In this document: in pieces, positions 41,187 to 50,835 of the stretch
How the letters are laid out: each line of letters opens with the position of its first letter
Numbering within the stretch: position 1 is the first letter of the stretch
Origin: Candidatus Latescibacterota bacterium
GTDB lineage: Bacteria > Latescibacterota > UBA2968 > UBA8231
Length of the DNA stretch: 64,000 bases
Assembly (NCBI GenBank): GCA_965248355.1
Contig: OZ252098.1
Span: forward strand, 416,001 to 480,000
Direction of reading: 5' to 3'
The notes under the pieces: model-generated
Seen by the model: only the letters and a program-made list of their open reading frames with translations
Told to the model about the DNA's origin: nothing
Databases searched by the model: none
Made by a program: the position numbers and the translations under genes

Positions 41187-41807
41187 ATGAGCCCCGGCCA
41201 TCACGAGCCCCACCAGGGAGTCCGGCCCGACGAGGACCTGAGCCCCAGGGCCCGGCGTGCCCTGGCCATCCACGAGCTGCTCGTGGAGAAGGGCGTGATC
41301 GCGGCCGGAGAGGTGGAGGCGCAGGCCCAGCGCATCGAATCCCGCTCCCTCTCCGGCGGGGCCCGGGTCGTGGCCCGGGCCTGGAGCGATGGGGGGTTCA
41401 AGTCGCGCCTGCTCGGCGACGCCCGGTCGGCCGTGGGCGAGCTCGGCCTGAGCCTCACCCACGACGCCGAGCTGGCCGTCGTGGAGAACACGGCCAGCGT
41501 CCATCACCTCGTCGTCTGCACCCTTTGCTCCTGCTACCCCACCGCTCTGCTGGGTCCTCCCCCCGACTGGTACAAGAGCGCCGCCTACAGGCGCCGCGCC
41601 GTGGCGGAGCCCCGCGCAGTGATGCGGGAGTTCGGGCTCGACCTCGACGAGGGCGTGCAGCTGCGCGTCATCGACAGCACCGCCGATCTTCGCTACCTCG
41701 TGCTCCCGCGCCGTCCCGAGGGCACGGACCGCCTGTCCGAGGAGGAACTGGCGGCGCTCGTGACCCGGGACAGCATGGTCGGTGTATGCGGACCTGCGGC
41801 GCCGTGA
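41187..41807 (+). CDS. Co-type nitrile hydratase alpha / thiocyanate hydrolase gamma (ScnC-like) subunit
   Basis: GARVVARAW, VCTLCSCYP metal-binding motif (Thr/Tyr = Co-type), PPDWYKS..YR, RYLVLP.RP. Confidence 0.92.
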   Translation: MSPGHHEPHQGVRPDEDLSPRARRALAIHELLVEKGVIAAGEVEAQAQRIESRSLSGGARVVARAWSDGGFKSRLLGDARSAVGELGLSLTHDAELAVVENTASVHHLVVCTLCSCYPTALLGPPPDWYKSAAYRRRAVAEPRAVMREFGLDLDEGVQLRVIDSTADLRYLVLPRRPEGTDRLSEEELAALVTRDSMVGVCGPAAP

Positions 41808-41841
41808 TGGGCTCAGGCCTCGGAAAGGAGACGACCCACTC

Positions 41842-43353
41842 ATGACCCGACGGCTCTTCATCGACGACGGCGACCTCGACCGGATCGACAACCTCGCCCG
41901 CGTCCTGCACCAGCCGCGCAAGTTCCACGGCAACGCCGTGGTTCAACCGGACCGGCGTTGGGACAACTGCGCCATCCAGATCCGCACCACCCCCGCCTGG
42001 GACCCGGAGGCGCAGCGGTTCCACATGATCTACCTGGCCGCCGCCGAGGCCGGCGACGTCGAGTCCCCGGAGGGCGGCCAGAGCTTCGCCTGCTACGCCG
42101 TCTCCGAGGACGGCGTCAACTGGGAGAAGCCGGACCTGGGGCTGTTCGACTACACCGGCCGCGACTGGGCCGGCCGGCCCCTGGGGACCGCCAACAACAT
42201 CCTGCCCACGGCGAAGGGCATGCTCCAGGGACCGATCCACGACGGTGCCGACCCGGACCCGGCGCGGCGGTTCAAGGGCATGCGCAACGACGGCGGCCGC
42301 CTGCAGGCCGCCGTATCCGCCGACTGCCTCCGCTGGGGCGACCTCGAGGGCGCGGCCGTGCCCAGCTTCGACGAGGCCAACCTCACCCACGACGCCGGCC
42401 GCGGCCTGTTCATCGCCACCCCCAAGCAGCGCGGTCCGTACGGGCGCTCCTTCGGCCTGTCCACGAGCCGGGACTTCGGCACCTGGACCGACCCGGAGCT
42501 GATCTTCCACGCCGACCAGCAGGACCAGGAGAACGGCTTCGAGCGCGTGCGCCGGTTCCTCGACGATCCCGCCTACCTGAGGCCGGTCTACAACCGCCCC
42601 GAGGAGTGGCGCACCGACGTCTACAACCTCCCCCTCTTCCCGTACGAGGGGCTCTACCTGGCGCTGCCCGTCATGCACCACTGGATCGGCAAGCACCCGC
42701 CGGGATACGAGAACGTGGACAGCCGCAAGACGGTGGAGCTGGCCTGCAGCCGCGACCTGCGGCAGTGGGAGCGGGTCGCCGGGCGCGCTCCCTTCATGGA
42801 GCTGTCGCCGGTGGGGGACGGGTCGGCGTACGACACGGGACAGCTGGTGGTGACCAACGGCCCCGTGCGGCGCAACGACGAGTTGTGGTTCTACTACACG
42901 GGCCTGCGCTACCGCAGCCAGAGTTTCCACGACATGGCGCACCGCGGATCCCTCGACACCTCGGCCGTCTGTCTGGCGAGGCTGCGCATGGACGGCTTCG
43001 TCGGCCTGAGGGGCGGCGTCGAGTGGGGCTCGGTCACTTCGGCGCCCCTGCAGGTCGACGGACCCGCCCTGCACGTCAACGCCGACGCCTGGCGCGGCCG
43101 GGTGCAGGCGGAACTGCTCGACCCCGGCACCGGCCAGGCCATCGAGGGCTTCGCGCGGCAGGACATCCGCCCGCTGATGGCGGACCGCACCGACGAGCTC
43201 CTGTCGTGGCAGGGCGGCCCCTCTCTGACGGCGCTGCGGGGCCGCACCCTGCAAGTCCGCTTCCACCTGTGGCAGGCGGAACTCTTCTCCTTCTGGTTCG
43301 GGGACCTCTCGGCGGCGTCCGAGGGGAATGAACAGAGCAATCGGGTGGTCTAA
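41842..43353 (+). CDS. Five-bladed beta-propeller glycoside hydrolase-like protein (GH32/43-like fold)
   Basis: LFIDD, CYAVSEDGVNWEKP.LG, SRDF..W and SRDL..W repeats, LWFYY.G, LARLRMDGF. Confidence 0.65.
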   Translation: MTRRLFIDDGDLDRIDNLARVLHQPRKFHGNAVVQPDRRWDNCAIQIRTTPAWDPEAQRFHMIYLAAAEAGDVESPEGGQSFACYAVSEDGVNWEKPDLGLFDYTGRDWAGRPLGTANNILPTAKGMLQGPIHDGADPDPARRFKGMRNDGGRLQAAVSADCLRWGDLEGAAVPSFDEANLTHDAGRGLFIATPKQRGPYGRSFGLSTSRDFGTWTDPELIFHADQQDQENGFERVRRFLDDPAYLRPVYNRPEEWRTDVYNLPLFPYEGLYLALPVMHHWIGKHPPGYENVDSRKTVELACSRDLRQWERVAGRAPFMELSPVGDGSAYDTGQLVVTNGPVRRNDELWFYYTGLRYRSQSFHDMAHRGSLDTSAVCLARLRMDGFVGLRGGVEWGSVTSAPLQVDGPALHVNADAWRGRVQAELLDPGTGQAIEGFARQDIRPLMADRTDELLSWQGGPSLTALRGRTLQVRFHLWQAELFSFWFGDLSAASEGNEQSNRVV

Positions 43354-43402
43354 TCGGCGGTAGAAGAGAAGCCAACCAACCACCCAACGCGGAGAACGCA
43401 GC

Positions 43403-44011
43403 ATGAAGAAGAGATGGATCGTTTCGGCCGGCGTCGCCCTGACCCTCGGCGCGGTGGCCGCCGTGGCCATGGCCGAGCGCGGGGAAGAGATGCGGGAGCA
43501 CAGGCAGCCCATGCCGTGGATCCTGGGTCGTCTGGACCTGACCGATGAGCAGAAGGAGCAACTGCAGGAGCTGCGCGGGAAGCACCAGAAGGCCCGGCGC
43601 GAGCACCGCGAGACCATGGCCGCCATGGGCAAGGAGCAGCGTGAAGCCGTGATGGGCCTCCTCACCGAGGAGCAGCAGGAAACCCTCGGGGAGATGCGCG
43701 GCCGGTTCTTCGACCGGCGCGGCGGCATGGGCAGAGATCGGTGCGACATGCGGCGCGGCGGCAGGGGCTGGGGTCGGGATGACATGCGGCGTGGCGGCAT
43801 GGGCCAGTTCTCGAGGCTGGACCTGACCGACGAGCAGAAGGAACGGCTCGAGGACCTGCGCACGGAGCACCGCACGGAGATGCGCGAAACCCGCAACAAT
43901 CACCGCAGGGCCCTGGAGAGCGTCCTGACCGACGAGCAGCGCCAGGAGCTCGAAGCGATGAAGGACGAGGCGTTCTACGGCGGCGGCCGCCGCTGGCGCG
44001 GCAAGCGGTAG
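43403..44011 (+). CDS. Spy/CpxP-family periplasmic LTxxQ protein
   Basis: Signal peptide; LDLTDEQK x2, LTEEQQ, LTDEQR; RRGG-rich 12-aa repeat linker. Confidence 0.85.
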   Translation: MKKRWIVSAGVALTLGAVAAVAMAERGEEMREHRQPMPWILGRLDLTDEQKEQLQELRGKHQKARREHRETMAAMGKEQREAVMGLLTEEQQETLGEMRGRFFDRRGGMGRDRCDMRRGGRGWGRDDMRRGGMGQFSRLDLTDEQKERLEDLRTEHRTEMRETRNNHRRALESVLTDEQRQELEAMKDEAFYGGGRRWRGKR

Positions 44012-44018
44012 GCGCCGG

Positions 44019-44882
44019 CTACCCCTTCCCCGCCCGACCCATCACCCCCCGGTGCGGCTCCCGCCCGCCGGCGCCGCGGGCGAACTGCGGAAAGAGCTCG
44101 TCGTGGATCTCCACGGGCTGGCGCAGGTGGTCCATGCGCCGCTCGTCGGCGGTGTCGAGCATCGTGGGGAAGAACATGCCGGCGCCCGTGTCCAGGCCGT
44201 ACCCCCCCGGCGAGTGTACGGAGATGTACTTGCGGGCCAGCTCCTGCTCCTCCGGCTTGGCGGCGCGGCGGATGCAGTTCATGGTGAACATGCGCCGCTG
44301 CCGGCCGCCGCCGAAGGAGGCGTGGTAGAGGTCGTGGTTGAAGATCGCCACGTCGCCCGGGCTCGACTCCAGGGCCACGCTGCCCGGGAACTCGCTCGGC
44401 GGCACCCCGAAGAGGGCCTCTGAGTCGCGCGGATTGACGCCCTCGGCGCGCAGGTAGTGATCGGGGAGGTGGCTGCCGGGGATGACCCGCAGGCAGCCGC
44501 TGTCGGCGCTCACCTCGTCCAGGTAGAAGGCGGTCTTGGTCGCCCACAGGCGGCCCCAGTTCCCGTCCGGATGCCAGTGGGTGTCGCCCACGTAGTAGTT
44601 GCCGTCACCTCCGCAGTAGCTGAAGTCGTCGCCGATCACGCCGCCGATCAGCCCGAGCAGGCCCGGATGGTCGAGGAGGGCGCACATCTGCGGCGCGTGC
44701 TCGATGGGGCCGCCGAACATGGTGCGCTTCGTGCCGTCGTGGTCGCCGCCGCCGCCCCAGTTGCGGATCGACCACTCGAAGCCCTCCGTGACCCGCTCGA
44801 CCTCCTCGGGGCTCAACAGTTGGCGGACTACCAGGTAGCCGAAGGCGTGGAAGAACCGTGTTTGCTGCTCGGTCAGTTGCAT
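44019..44882 (-). CDS. Phytanoyl-CoA dioxygenase (PhyH) family protein
   Basis: LTEQQ..FF..FGYL, WHPD, GCLRVIPGSH, PGDVAIF...LYH. Confidence 0.88.
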   Translation of the reverse strand: MQLTEQQTRFFHAFGYLVVRQLLSPEEVERVTEGFEWSIRNWGGGGDHDGTKRTMFGGPIEHAPQMCALLDHPGLLGLIGGVIGDDFSYCGGDGNYYVGDTHWHPDGNWGRLWATKTAFYLDEVSADSGCLRVIPGSHLPDHYLRAEGVNPRDSEALFGVPPSEFPGSVALESSPGDVAIFNHDLYHASFGGGRQRRMFTMNCIRRAAKPEEQELARKYISVHSPGGYGLDTGAGMFFPTMLDTADERRMDHLRQPVEIHDELFPQFARGAGGREPHRGVMGRAGKG

Positions 44883-44958
44883 GTCGGCACTCCGGAAAAG
44901 CAGGTGAGGGTGGGGGTCTGGGATGAGCTCCGGCCGGCCCGGCCGGGAAGCAGCGTCG

Positions 44959-46578
44959 TCAGCCGGCGCTGCAGGGGCAGCCGGCTTGCTGCGCCTGCGA
45001 GGCCGATGGCCGGCGGAGGGCCGGCAGCAGGGGCCAGCCGAATCCCTCGACGACGCGCCGCAGGGCCGGATCGCCCGCGGAAAGGGCGGGAAGATACTCG
45101 CCCAGCCGCCGGCGCCGCCACCAGCCCGCTTCGCCGGCCGGGGCGAACTCGTACTCGTAGAGATCGGCGCGGATGCGGCGCGGGGCCCGACCGTCGAAGG
45201 GGTCCTCGGCGAGCAGGGAGAGGGCCCCCGGATCGGCGTGGAGCAGCTTGTACACGAGGTGGACCAGCCACGGCTGGGTCCGGTAGTCGGCCATGGCGGC
45301 GAACCAGATCTGCCAGTCGAGGCGGTAGTGGTAGGGCGAGACCACGCAGGGCCGGCGGGAGGGGTTGCCGGGCTTGCAGGGGAAGGAGTACTCGCGCCAG
45401 TCGGCCCCAGCGGCCCCGGGCTCGTCGAGGGTGCCCAGCAGGACCACCTCGCGCCGCACCTTCCCCACGTGTCCGAAGGCGCCGTAGGTGTTGACCAGGC
45501 GCAGCCGGTCGTAGGAGGTGTTCATGACCTGGCGGGAGGACAGCATGTTGGCCGCGGGCGCCGCGCTGAGCAGGATCACCACCCCAGCCAGCGCGCCCAC
45601 GGCCAGCCGGCGTCCCCGGCCCGGCGCCCGGGCCGCCTCCCTCTCCCTGTCCAGCAACGCCTTCAGGCTCCGGGGCGCGAGTCGCCGGAGCCAGGCGTCG
45701 TCGAAGCACGGCAGGCACAGGGCGATGGTCAGGTAGTTGAGCCAGGACAGGTTGCCGCTGGCGATGAGCACCACTTGGAAGGCGACGATCAGCAGGCCGG
45801 CGAGGCGGCGCAGCCGCACCGTCCCAAAGAGGAGCAGGGGAGCCGCCACCTCCACGAGGTGGTTGAAGACCACCCCGGCGCGGTGCACGAGCCCGGGCAG
45901 CAGGTGCAGGTACGGGCTCAGGGGGTTGGGGATCGGCTGGGTCTCGTAGTGGTGGAGCAGGCAGGTCAGGTCGCTCCAGCACGGGTCGCCGCGAAGCTTG
46001 ATCAGCCCGGCGCCGAAGACCACGCGGAAGAGCAGCCAGCGCAGCAGCCATAGCACGGCGCGGTCCGGGGGGACGGCGTGGCGCCAGCCGCCGCGGCCGA
46101 AGGGGCACAGGAAGACGGCCAGGAAGCCGGTCTCGAGGGTGAGGATCTCCCAGCCGTACCCGTAGAACAACTGACCGGCGTTGACGAAGGAGGAGTACAG
46201 GACCCACAGGAGCAGCAGGTGAGGTCCGGAGGCGTAGCCGGCCAGCAGCAGCAGGGACCCGGCAAAGCCGAGCCAGGCGAGGCCGGCGAGGAAGCCGTCG
46301 GCCGTGCTGATCCACAGCAGCGACGGCACCTCCAGCCAGGGCGCCGCGGCGGAGGCCGCGGCCCTTTCGAGGTAGAGGCGCGCCGGCAGCAGGCCGCCGT
46401 CTCCGATCAGCGGACCGGCCTGCCGCGCCGACACCAGGAAGGCGATGGCGTAGACCAGCCCGAGGAGGCGCAGGAAGAGCCAGCGCGTCAGCCGGTACTC
46501 GGTGCCGGGCGGATCGAGGGCGCTTCCGAGGCGCCGGACGGCGGCGCTCAGCCGGCGGGCCCATCCATGACGGTCCAT
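44959..46578 (-). CDS. Lipase maturation factor (LMF1) family membrane protein
   Basis: [34 protein letters not shown]...[32 protein letters not shown]. Confidence 0.9.
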   Translation of the reverse strand: MDRHGWARRLSAAVRRLGSALDPPGTEYRLTRWLFLRLLGLVYAIAFLVSARQAGPLIGDGGLLPARLYLERAAASAAAPWLEVPSLLWISTADGFLAGLAWLGFAGSLLLLAGYASGPHLLLLWVLYSSFVNAGQLFYGYGWEILTLETGFLAVFLCPFGRGGWRHAVPPDRAVLWLLRWLLFRVVFGAGLIKLRGDPCWSDLTCLLHHYETQPIPNPLSPYLHLLPGLVHRAGVVFNHLVEVAAPLLLFGTVRLRRLAGLLIVAFQVVLIASGNLSWLNYLTIALCLPCFDDAWLRRLAPRSLKALLDREREAARAPGRGRRLAVGALAGVVILLSAAPAANMLSSRQVMNTSYDRLRLVNTYGAFGHVGKVRREVVLLGTLDEPGAAGADWREYSFPCKPGNPSRRPCVVSPYHYRLDWQIWFAAMADYRTQPWLVHLVYKLLHADPGALSLLAEDPFDGRAPRRIRADLYEYEFAPAGEAGWWRRRRLGEYLPALSAGDPALRRVVEGFGWPLLPALRRPSASQAQQAGCPCSAG

Positions 46579-46645
46579 ATGGCGGGGGGCACGGGTCGGG
46601 CTACCTTGACGCGGCCAACGATAACCCCCGCGCACCGCCCATCCA

Positions 46646-47640
46646 ATGGCGGAGGGAGCCCCCGTCATCCCCACCGGCGCCCTGGACCGCCGAGGCACGT
46701 GGCGCACCTTCGGCCTGGCCGACGGCCTCGCCGGCGTGCGCGCCGAGCACATCGCCGAGGACGGCCGGGGCGACCTGTGGTTCGCCACCCTCAGCGGCGT
46801 CTGCTGGTACGACGGCCGCAGGTTCCACCATCCCGGCGGCGAGGGCACGGCCAACCGGCCGGTGCAGTTCCTCTTCGAGGACGGCCAGTCCCGCCTCTGG
46901 TGCGCCGGCACCGGGACCCTGGGGTACTTCCACGACGACGAGTACCACGACCTCGTGCCGAGGTACGTGGAGCGCTACGGACAGCCTCCGTCGCCGCGCT
47001 GGACCAACCAGTGCTGGGGGATCGCCCAGGACGGGCGGGGCGACCTCTGGTTCGCCTTCGATCACCTGGTCCGCTACGACGGGCGCAGCTTCAACCGCTA
47101 CGCAGAGGCGGAGGGCCTGCCGCCGGACGCCAGCTGCTACGCCATCGGGCAGGACCCCGCCGGATGCCTGTGGATCGGTCGCGCCGGGGACCGGGAGCGG
47201 ATCTGGAGGTTCGCCGACGGCTCCTTCGAGCCGGTGGCCGTGGACCTGCCGGGCAGCCTGCGCAAGATCCAGTGCGACCGCGACGGCCGCATGTGGCTGT
47301 GCACCTCCGGCGGCGCCCTCTACCAGACCGAGGCCGGCTTCGATCGCGTCACCACCGGCGACGGGTTGCCCTACCCCGTGGTCAACGCCGTCTTCCAGGA
47401 CCCCGACCGGCAGCACTGGTTCGCCACCTGGGGCGGCGGCGTCGCCCAGGGCCGGGCAGCTGCTGGTGGGCCAAGGAGAACGGGACCACGGCCCGCAGGG
47501 AGGAGCTCTTCGCCAGCGCCCTGCAGATCGTGCGCCGCCAGGGGCAGCGGTTCGTCACCGTCTTCCGGGAGGAGGACAAGGAGGACCCCTTCAACCACAT
47601 CGGCGCCCTGGTGGCGGCCCGCAACGGCGAGCTGTGGTAC
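46646..47640 (+). pseudogene. Two-component regulator propeller (Reg_prop) sensor N-terminus, truncated
   Basis: Repeated DGL...[11 protein letters not shown] units; the frame degenerates after WFATWGGGV (about 47450); no kinase or output domain. Confidence 0.7.
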
Positions 47641-47649
47641 GCCCGGCCT

Positions 47650-47981
47650 ACGGCGACGACCTGCGCCTGGCGCGCCTGCACCCGGAGGACCTCGAGACGA
47701 TCCGCACCATCGCCGCCCGCGGCGTGCCCGTGGTCGCCGTCCTGGTCTCGGGACGGCCCCTGTGCATCGGCCCCGAGCTGGAGGCGTGCGCCGCCTTCGT
47801 CGCCGCCTGGCTGCCGGGCTCCGAGGGCCAGGGGGTGGCTGACGTGCTCTTCGGCGATCACGACTTCCGGGGCCGGCTGTCCTTCTCCTGGCCGCGTGAT
47901 CCGGGGCAGAACCCGAACCGGGGCGATTCTCCCTTCGATCCGCTGTTCCCGTACGGCTTCGGCCTGTCCTATACTGGGTAG
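47650..47981 (+). pseudogene. GH3 beta-glucosidase C-terminal fragment
   Basis: [12 protein letters not shown]...[18 protein letters not shown]...GRLSFSWP...[11 protein letters not shown] with no catalytic N-domain. Confidence 0.8.
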
Positions 47982-48057
47982 GGCCTCGCCCGCTGCGCGA
48001 CGTCAAACGGGCAGGATCGGCAACCACTACATCTGCAGGCAAGAGGAGGTACGGAGG

Positions 48058-48723
48058 ATGCCCGAGCCCAGGGTGCTGATGGTCTACGGCGGCTGGGATG
48101 GACACCAGCCGAAGCAGTGCGTCGACATCTTCGCGCCGCTGCTGCAGGAGGCGGGCTGGGAGGTGATCCTGTCCGACACCATGGACAGCTACCTCGACGC
48201 GGAGCTGATGGGCTCCCTCGGCCTGGTGGTGCCCTGCTGGACCATGGGCACCATCGAGGGCGAGCAGGAGCGGGGGCTGATGCAGGCGGTGGAGGGCGGC
48301 GTCGGCCTCGGGGGCTGGCACGGCGGCCTGTGCGACGCCTTCCGCGGCAACTGCAGCTACCAGATGATGACGGGCGGGCAGTTCGTGGGCCATCCGGACG
48401 GCGTCAAGGACTACACCGTCGACATCGCCGCCCCCGGCGATCCCATCGTGCAGGGGATGGACGACTTCCGCATGCACTCGGAGCAGTACTACATGCACGT
48501 CGATCCCGGCAACGAGGTGCTGGCCACGACGACCTTCGACGCCCGCAGCGCGCCGTGGGTCAACGGCACGGTGATGCCCGTGGTCTGGAAACGGGTCTGG
48601 GCGGAGGGCAGGGTGTTCTTCTCGTCCCTGGGCCACGTGGCCGCCGACTTCGCGGTGCCCGAGGCCAGGGAGATCCAGCGCCGCGGCCTGCTGTGGGCCG
48701 CACGGACGGAGGAGGAAACATGA
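48058..48723 (+). CDS. ThuA-like (trehalose utilisation) domain protein
   Basis: [46 protein letters not shown]. Confidence 0.88.
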   Translation: MPEPRVLMVYGGWDGHQPKQCVDIFAPLLQEAGWEVILSDTMDSYLDAELMGSLGLVVPCWTMGTIEGEQERGLMQAVEGGVGLGGWHGGLCDAFRGNCSYQMMTGGQFVGHPDGVKDYTVDIAAPGDPIVQGMDDFRMHSEQYYMHVDPGNEVLATTTFDARSAPWVNGTVMPVVWKRVWAEGRVFFSSLGHVAADFAVPEAREIQRRGLLWAARTEEET

Positions 48724-49193
48724 ATCAACGACGCGTGAAAAGTCCCGCTCTGGTGGTGGCGGTCCTCGTGGCCGGCGGCCTGTGGTCCGGCGGCCCCTGG
48801 ACCGGCGGCGCCGAGGCCCGCGGCTTCCGGGGGGCCATGGTCCCCAACGCCGAAGCCGTGGGCGCCGGCTGCAACCTCTGCCACGTCTCCGGCGGCGGCA
48901 CGCCCCGCAACGAGTTCGGGCTGGACGTGGAGGCCCTGGTCACGGCCAACGGCCGCGAGGTCTTCTGGAGCCCGGAGCTGGCCGCCCTCGACTCCGATGG
49001 CGACGGCTCCACCAACGGCGAGGAGCTGGGCGATCCCGAAGGGACCTGGACGGCCGGCGATCCGGCCCCCGGCGAGGTCGACCAGGTCACCCATCCCGGC
49101 GACGCGGAGAGCCGGCCCCCCGAAGCCGTGGCCACCGCCGTCAGCAGATCGGCCTGGGCGCGGATCAAGGCCCTGGTCGGAGCCGCCCCCTGA
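48720..49193 (+). CDS. Secreted monoheme (CxxCH) temptin-like protein with TAV..W..IK C-terminal tail
   Basis: Signal peptide; VPN...CNLCH..GGG...NEFG.D...W..EL..LDSDGDG.TNG.ELGDP...W..G...HPG; tail [13 protein letters not shown]. Confidence 0.7.
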   Translation: MNQRRVKSPALVVAVLVAGGLWSGGPWTGGAEARGFRGAMVPNAEAVGAGCNLCHVSGGGTPRNEFGLDVEALVTANGREVFWSPELAALDSDGDGSTNGEELGDPEGTWTAGDPAPGEVDQVTHPGDAESRPPEAVATAVSRSAWARIKALVGAAP

Positions 49194-49235
49194 CGAGGAG
49201 CAGGCCCCGAACCTGACGGATCCGGGTCCGTCCCT

Positions 49236-49943
49236 TCACAGGCCCAGGGGGAGCTGGCCGTGGTCCTCCGGCGGCGGCGGCTCCACCTCCTCGATCAGGG
49301 CGGGGTCGTCTTCATCCGGCCGGTTCACCCGCGGTGAGACGGGATGGGCCACGAGGTCCCCGAGGGGGTAGGGCCGCAGCAGGCGCGACAAGGTCTCCGG
49401 GTCGTCGAGCTCCCGGTCCAGCCAGACCTCGCAGGCCTCTGGCGTAAGGATCGCCGGCATGCGGTCGTGGACGGTGGCGGCCACCTCGTCGGGCTCGGTG
49501 GTGAGGATGGCGCAGGTGCGCAGCACGGCGTCGTCGGACCTCTTCCAGCGCTCGTAGAGGCCGGCCATCGCGAAGGGCTCGCCGCCCCGCCGCCGCAGGA
49601 GCATGGGGAGGCGCTGACGGCCCCGGCGCTTCCATTCGAACCAGCCGCTGGCCGGGATCAGGCAGCGCCCCCGGGCGAAGGCGCTGCGGAAGGCCGGCCG
49701 GGTGGCCGCCGACTCGGCGCGGGCGTTGATCATGCGGTGGCCCACGGCCGGGTCCCGGGCCCAGGAGGGCACCAGGCCCCACTGCAGCTCGGCCAGCACG
49801 CGGCTCTCGCGCTGGATCACCGCCGCCACCGGCTGGGAGGGGGCGATGTTGTAGCGCGGTTGCAGCTCCAGCAGGGTCTGCTCCACGGCGAAGCGTTCCG
49901 CCACTTCCTCGGTGGCGTGATGGAGGATGAAGCGCCCGCACAT
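49236..49943 (-). CDS. SOS response-associated peptidase (SRAP/YedK/HMCES)
   Basis: MCGRF (catalytic Cys2), YNIAPSQ, WGLVP.W, INARAE, RCLIPASGWFEW, HDRMP. Confidence 0.95.
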   Translation of the reverse strand: MCGRFILHHATEEVAERFAVEQTLLELQPRYNIAPSQPVAAVIQRESRVLAELQWGLVPSWARDPAVGHRMINARAESAATRPAFRSAFARGRCLIPASGWFEWKRRGRQRLPMLLRRRGGEPFAMAGLYERWKRSDDAVLRTCAILTTEPDEVAATVHDRMPAILTPEACEVWLDRELDDPETLSRLLRPYPLGDLVAHPVSPRVNRPDEDDPALIEEVEPPPPEDHGQLPLGL

Positions 49944-50054
49944 GCCGGTACGTTAACGGCCGGGCGGAAGCGGAGCCAGGAACCCCCGCCCCTGCGATCC
50001 GGTTGGGGCCCCTCGAGCGGTTGCCTACTCTCTCCGCACCCCGCAGGAGCTTCC

Positions 50055-50747
50055 ATGGATCGCGAGCCCGCCCAGCTGGTGGAGCACCTCGGCCGGCACG
50101 TCACCCCCCGCCGCCTGCGCCGCATGCGGGCGGTCCTGGCCGAGCGCACGCGCTGGATCACCGTGGTTCTCGAGGAGGTCTACCAGCCCCACAACGCCAG
50201 CGCCGTGCTGCGCTCGTGCGAGTGCTTCGGCGCCCAGGAGGTCCACGTCGTGGAGGAGCGCAACGAGTTCCGGGCCAGCCGCGACGTGGCCCTGGGCGCG
50301 GCCCGGTGGCTCGACGTGGTCCGCTGGAAGGCCGGCGAAGCCCCGGCCATCGAGCGCTGTTGCGACGATCTCGCCGCCCGGGGGTACCGGCTGGTGGCGG
50401 CCACCCCCGCGGACGACGCGGCGTCCGTGGACGACTTCGACCCCTGCCGGGGGCCGATGGCGGTGCTCTTCGGCACCGAGATGGAGGGGCTCACCCCGGA
50501 AGCTCTCGGGCGCTGCCGGGAGAGGATCCGCATTCCCATGGTGGGGTTCACGGAGAGCCTCAACATCTCCGTGAGCGCCGCCCTCGTGCTGCGGGAGCTG
50601 ACCCGCCGCCTGCGCCAGGGGGCCGTCGACTGGCGCCTGGGGGAAGCGGAGCGGGAAGAGCTGCTCCTCCGGTGGCTGCGCGGCAGCATCAACGGGAGCG
50701 AGGAGATCGTGGAGCGCTTTCGACAACAACAGGGGAGGACGCAATGA
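50055..50747 (+). CDS. trmH: TrmH/SpoU RNA 2'-O-methyltransferase
   Basis: VLEEVYQPHNASAVLRSC, LFGTE..GL, IPMVGFTESLNISV. Confidence 0.9.
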   Translation: MDREPAQLVEHLGRHVTPRRLRRMRAVLAERTRWITVVLEEVYQPHNASAVLRSCECFGAQEVHVVEERNEFRASRDVALGAARWLDVVRWKAGEAPAIERCCDDLAARGYRLVAATPADDAASVDDFDPCRGPMAVLFGTEMEGLTPEALGRCRERIRIPMVGFTESLNISVSAALVLRELTRRLRQGAVDWRLGEAEREELLLRWLRGSINGSEEIVERFRQQQGRTQ

Positions 50748-50835
50748 AGAGCGCAGGCCTGAGGCGCCGGCCGCCCACGGACCCCCTGCCCCCCGTGGGG
50801 AGGGCCGCCGGGCGGTCGCTTCGCGGGGGCTCGAC

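Noticed and set aside
49236-49943. SRAP gene as a marker of a prophage or mobile element
   Set aside because: No integrase, transposase, phage genes or att-like repeats nearby.
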